In this document: in pieces, positions 60,869 through 64,000 of the stretch
How positions within the stretch are numbered: the stretch's first letter is position 1
Layout of the letters: each line of letters starts with the position of its first letter
Origin: an uncultured delta proteobacterium
GTDB lineage: Bacteria; Desulfobacterota; Binatia; Binatales; Binataceae
NCBI GenBank assembly: GCA_963756005.1
Contig: CAVWMC010000006.1
Coordinates: forward strand, 35,567 to 99,566
Direction: 5' to 3'
Length of the DNA stretch: 64,000 nucleotides
Made by a program: the position numbers and the translations under genes
The notes under the pieces: model-generated
Database searches by the model: none
What the model was told of the DNA's origin: nothing
What the model saw: the letters and a program-made list of their open reading frames with translations, nothing else

Positions 60869-62197
60869 TTACGCTACCTTCTGCACTTGCAATTCCAGGC
60901 CGTTGATCGACTTGACCAGAGCGCGCGCGCCGGGGTTGAGCGCGTCGGCGCTGACTGCACGCCAAATCTCGCCGTGCACGAAAACTTTGCCGGGCGCGCC
61001 GGGAGCGATCGCCTCGCGCACCTCGCCGACTTCGCCGACGATCCCTTCGGCGCCGGTAGTCGCGCGGGTGCGGCGCTCGCGCGCCACGATGTATCCGAGG
61101 CCGAGGATGATCACCGTCAGCGCGGCGGCGGCGCCATATATAATGTCGCGATTGACGACCAGGTCGGTCTTCGAGGTGTCGATCAAAAATAACGAGCCGA
61201 TGACGAACGCGGTCACGCCGCCCAGGCCGAGGACGCCGTAGCTGGTGACGAAGGCTTCGGAGATGAGCATTCCAACGCCGAGAAAAATCAACAGCAGGCC
61301 GGTCAGGTTCACCGGCAGCACCTGGAACGATGCGAGCGCGAGCAGCAGGCAAATCGCGCCGGCGACGCCGGGAAAAATTACGCCCGGATGCGCGAACTCG
61401 AAGTACAGCCCGATCAATCCCGCCATCAGCAGCAGATAGACGATGTTGGGATCGGCGAGAACGTTGAGCAGGCGCTGGCCGGGCGTCATCTGTGCGCGGC
61501 GCACCGTCGCGTCGGCAATCGCGAGCGTCACGGTTTGGCCGCCGACCTGGACCTTGCGGCCCGACGCTTGCGTCAACAGGCTGCGCAAGTCGGGCGCGAC
61601 GATATCGATGACGTTCTTCGCCAGCGCCTCGCGCTCGCCGATTGCGACGCTGTGGCGGACGGCCTGCTCGATCCAATCTTCGTTGCGTCCGCGCTGCTGC
61701 GCGATCTCGCGCGCAAAGGTCGCGGTGAAATTCTCGACCTTCTGACCCATCGCGCCCTTGATGTCCTCACCGCCCTCCTCGACCGGATGTGCCGCGCCGA
61801 TCGTCGTTCCCGGAGCCATCGCGGCTACGTTCGCGGCTTCGGTGATGAAGGTGCCGGCGGACGCGGCGCTGGCGCCCGACGGCGCGACGTACACGATCAC
61901 GGGTATCGGCGCGGCGAGGATCGCCTTGACGATCTTTTGCGCGGAGTTAAGCAGCCCGCCCGGCGTGTCGAGCTCGATCAACAGCGCGGCGGCGCCGTCG
62001 GCACTTGCGGACGCGAGCGAGTCGTCGATGTAGGACGCAGTCGCGGGGTTGATCGATCCATCGATCGTTATCAGCTCGACCCACGGCGGATGCGCAGCCG
62101 TTTTCGCCGACGTGTCAGCGGCGAGAATTCGCTGCGATATGAACGCCGCGATCGCCACTGCCGCGACGACGAAAACGACTCTTGCGCGTACGTTCAC
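60869..62197 (-). CDS. NfeD-family membrane-bound ClpP-class serine protease (stomatin operon partner)
   Basis: N-terminal ClpP/SppA-like domain (ITIDGSINPATASYI...LIELDTPGGLL), central multi-TM region and a C-terminal OB-fold (GKVFVHGEIWRAV). It is directly upstream of the SPFH gene. Start approximate (probably GTG just after the UDG stop). Confidence 0.8.
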   Translation of the reverse strand: MNVRARVVFVVAAVAIAAFISQRILAADTSAKTAAHPPWVELITIDGSINPATASYIDDSLASASADGAAALLIELDTPGGLLNSAQKIVKAILAAPIPVIVYVAPSGASAASAGTFITEAANVAAMAPGTTIGAAHPVEEGGEDIKGAMGQKVENFTATFAREIAQQRGRNEDWIEQAVRHSVAIGEREALAKNVIDIVAPDLRSLLTQASGRKVQVGGQTVTLAIADATVRRAQMTPGQRLLNVLADPNIVYLLLMAGLIGLYFEFAHPGVIFPGVAGAICLLLALASFQVLPVNLTGLLLIFLGVGMLISEAFVTSYGVLGLGGVTAFVIGSLFLIDTSKTDLVVNRDIIYGAAAALTVIILGLGYIVARERRTRATTGAEGIVGEVGEVREAIAPGAPGKVFVHGEIWRAVSADALNPGARALVKSINGLELQVQKVA

Positions 62198-62976
62198 GAC
62201 GCGGAACCGCCGCGCCGAGGAATCGGCATCCCGAGATATTTCATAACTTCCTGAATATCCGCCCACACCAGCCGCTTGTCACTCGGCGTGCGCAGCAGAT
62301 ACGCGGGATGAAACGTCGGCATGAAGCGGATACCGCGAAAATCCTGCCAGTTGCCGCGCAGCTTGCTGATCGGAATCTTCACTTTGAGCACCGCCTGCAC
62401 GGCGAAGGTGCCGAGACCCACGATCGCGCGCGGCCGCACGAGATCGATCTGGCGAAACAGAAACGGCTCGCACGCCGCGACTTCGTCGGGCTCCGGATTT
62501 CGATTGTCGGGCGGGCGGCACTTGATCACGTTGCAGATGTACACGTCGGCGCGGCTGATACCCATGCCGCGCTCGATGATGTCGGTCAGCAATTGACCCG
62601 CGCGGCCGACGAACGGTTCGCCGCGAGCGTCCTCGTCGGCGCCGGGCGCCTCGCCGACGAACATCAAATCCGCGTTGGGATTGCCGATGCCGTAAACGAG
62701 ATTGGTGCGGCGCGGCGCGAGCTTGCATCGCTGACAATCGCCGATAAAAGCGCGCAGCTCGTCGAGCGTTGAGGTTTTTTCGAGTCCTGGATATTTCGAG
62801 AATAGTTCAGTCGATATCGACGCGGCGTCCGCCTTCACGACCGCGGGCGCGGACGCTCCCGCACGTGTAACGGACGACGATGCCGGCAGCCCTTCCATGC
62901 CTTCCTCGCGCAACTGGTCCACGTAGTCGCGAATCGTGGCAACCAGCGTGCGGCGATCGAGCGATGAAGCGTCCAT
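62194..62976 (-). CDS. Uracil-DNA glycosylase, family 4
   Basis: [23 protein letters not shown] (family-4 motif A) and HPAYLLR (motif B), plus 4 Cys for the Fe-S cluster (CQRC...C...C). Start at the internal Met MDASSL. Confidence 0.85.
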   Translation of the reverse strand: MDASSLDRRTLVATIRDYVDQLREEGMEGLPASSSVTRAGASAPAVVKADAASISTELFSKYPGLEKTSTLDELRAFIGDCQRCKLAPRRTNLVYGIGNPNADLMFVGEAPGADEDARGEPFVGRAGQLLTDIIERGMGISRADVYICNVIKCRPPDNRNPEPDEVAACEPFLFRQIDLVRPRAIVGLGTFAVQAVLKVKIPISKLRGNWQDFRGIRFMPTFHPAYLLRTPSDKRLVWADIQEVMKYLGMPIPRRGGSAS

Positions 62977-62983
62977 GCGAGAA

Positions 62984-64000
62984 TTATCTGACGGCGCGCA
63001 GGCGCGAGGACTTTTCCGCGCGTCCGGATTTCGGTTTGGCCGCACGGAGCGCGACAATCCGATCAAGGATCAAGTCGGCGACCGCGTCCTTGGACATCTG
63101 CGGATGGCTCTGCGAGCGGCCGTCAGCGCCGATTAGCGTGACGATGTTGGTATCGACTTCGAAGCCGGCGCCCTCCCGCGTCACGTCGTTGGCGACGATC
63201 AGGTCGAGGCCTTTGCGCTTGAGCTTGGCGCGCGCGTTGGCTTCGAGGTCATCGGTCTCGGCGGCGAATCCGACGAGCAAGCGTGCGCCCTTCTTCGCTG
63301 CGATGCGCGGCATCTCGTCGGCAATCGATTCCATCTCGAGTCGAAGGCCGCGGGCGTCCTTCTTGATCTTGCCGCGCGCCGGATTCGCGGGACGGAAGTC
63401 CGCAACCGCCGCCGCCATCACCAGCGCGGTGGACCACGGAAAATTACTGGTGGTCTTGGCGAGCATCGCCGACGCCGTCACCGTGTCGATTCGCTCGACT
63501 CCATACGGCGTCGCGAGCGCAGACGGACCGGCGACGATTCGCACCGACGCACCGCGGCGCCATGCGGCGCGCGCGATCGCAAAACCCATCTTGCCCGACG
63601 AACTGTTCGAGACGAATCGCACCGGGTCAATCGGCTCGCGCGTCGGTCCAGCGGTCACCAGGATATTTTCGCCCGCAAGATCCTGCGGCGACAGCATCTT
63701 CTCGATTTCCGCGACTATGATCGCCGGGTCCGGCAGCCGCCCCTTGCCCTCGTATCCACACGCCAGCGCGCCCTCGCCCGGCTCGATAATTACCGCGCCG
63801 CGCGAGCGCAGCCTGGCGAGATTCTCCGCGACCGTCGGATGCTCGTACATGTGAACGTTCATCGCGGGCGCGAATGCGACCTTCGCACGCGTCGCGAGCA
63901 ACACCGTGGTGACAATATCGTCGGCGAGACCGACGGCTGCCTTCGCGATCACGTCGGCCGTGGCAGGCGCGATCACGATCGCATCGGCGCTGTCGGCGAG
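62984..64000 (-). CDS. coaBC: Bifunctional phosphopantothenoylcysteine decarboxylase / phosphopantothenate-cysteine ligase CoaBC (partial; N-terminus lies beyond the window end)
   Basis: End of the CoaC flavoprotein domain (IAPATADVIAKAAVGLADDIVTTVLLA...PAMNVHMYEHP) followed by the CoaB domain (ILVTAGPTREPIDPVRFVSNSSSGKMG...KKD). The frame is open to the window edge. Confidence 0.85.
   Translation of the reverse strand, partial: LADSADAIVIAPATADVIAKAAVGLADDIVTTVLLATRAKVAFAPAMNVHMYEHPTVAENLARLRSRGAVIIEPGEGALACGYEGKGRLPDPAIIVAEIEKMLSPQDLAGENILVTAGPTREPIDPVRFVSNSSSGKMGFAIARAAWRRGASVRIVAGPSALATPYGVERIDTVTASAMLAKTTSNFPWSTALVMAAAVADFRPANPARGKIKKDARGLRLEMESIADEMPRIAAKKGARLLVGFAAETDDLEANARAKLKRKGLDLIVANDVTREGAGFEVDTNIVTLIGADGRSQSHPQMSKDAVADLILDRIVALRAAKPKSGRAEKSSRLRAVR

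Noticed and set aside
59994-61676. 560-aa Arg/Asp-rich minus-strand ORF spanning the stomatin and nfeD genes.
   Set aside because: A different frame from two well-supported genes, with composition-driven artefact.

Overview
This is a 64 kb window of high-GC (about 65-70%), gene-dense bacterial chromosome. It reads as mostly core metabolism and housekeeping, with a few accessory pockets. All gene calls rest on recognising protein motifs by eye; no database search was run. Coordinates trimmed to probable true starts were computed from the ORF track by amino-acid index.

Recognisable genes include:
- nadE (glutamine-dependent NAD synthetase) behind an ArsR-family regulator
- modA, modB and modC (molybdate transporter)
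- ilvD
- an ABC-2 exporter
- a CPA2 antiporter
- a complete pstC-pstA-pstB-phoU-phoB-phoR block
- serS, gatC, gatA and gatB
- a CoA-transferase/tldD/tldE operon
- a MoxR/RavA-like AAA ATPase followed by recO
- an nfeD-stomatin pair, a family-4 uracil-DNA glycosylase and a partial coaBC
- two tRNA-Arg genes (anticodons CCT and ACG)
- three luciferase-like (LLM) oxidoreductases and several other small-molecule catabolic enzymes

The non-core content is:
1. A 3'-truncated IS110-family element sits exactly where pstS would be expected, fused tail-to-tail with serS.
2. A REP/MITE-like intergenic repeat family has at least four copies, one forming a long inverted pair at 451-685 and one abutting the IS110 element.
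3. A roughly 2 kb low-GC islet lies directly 3' of tRNA-Arg(CCT) and encodes three secreted or lipoprotein hypotheticals.
4. Several other secreted or lipoprotein hypotheticals are present, one with tandem DNA repeats inside its coding sequence.

Four conserved genes (modA, ilvD, serS, tldD) each carry an apparent single-base +1 frameshift, which points to systematic indel errors in the assembly rather than four pseudogenes. Two genes (an LLM oxidoreductase and an alcohol dehydrogenase) appear to start at non-ATG codons (ACG and ATC), each behind a strong Shine-Dalgarno. No CRISPR array, prophage, toxin-antitoxin pair or recognisable defence system is visible. I did not find a self-contained novel system; the most unusual loci are listed in the findings.
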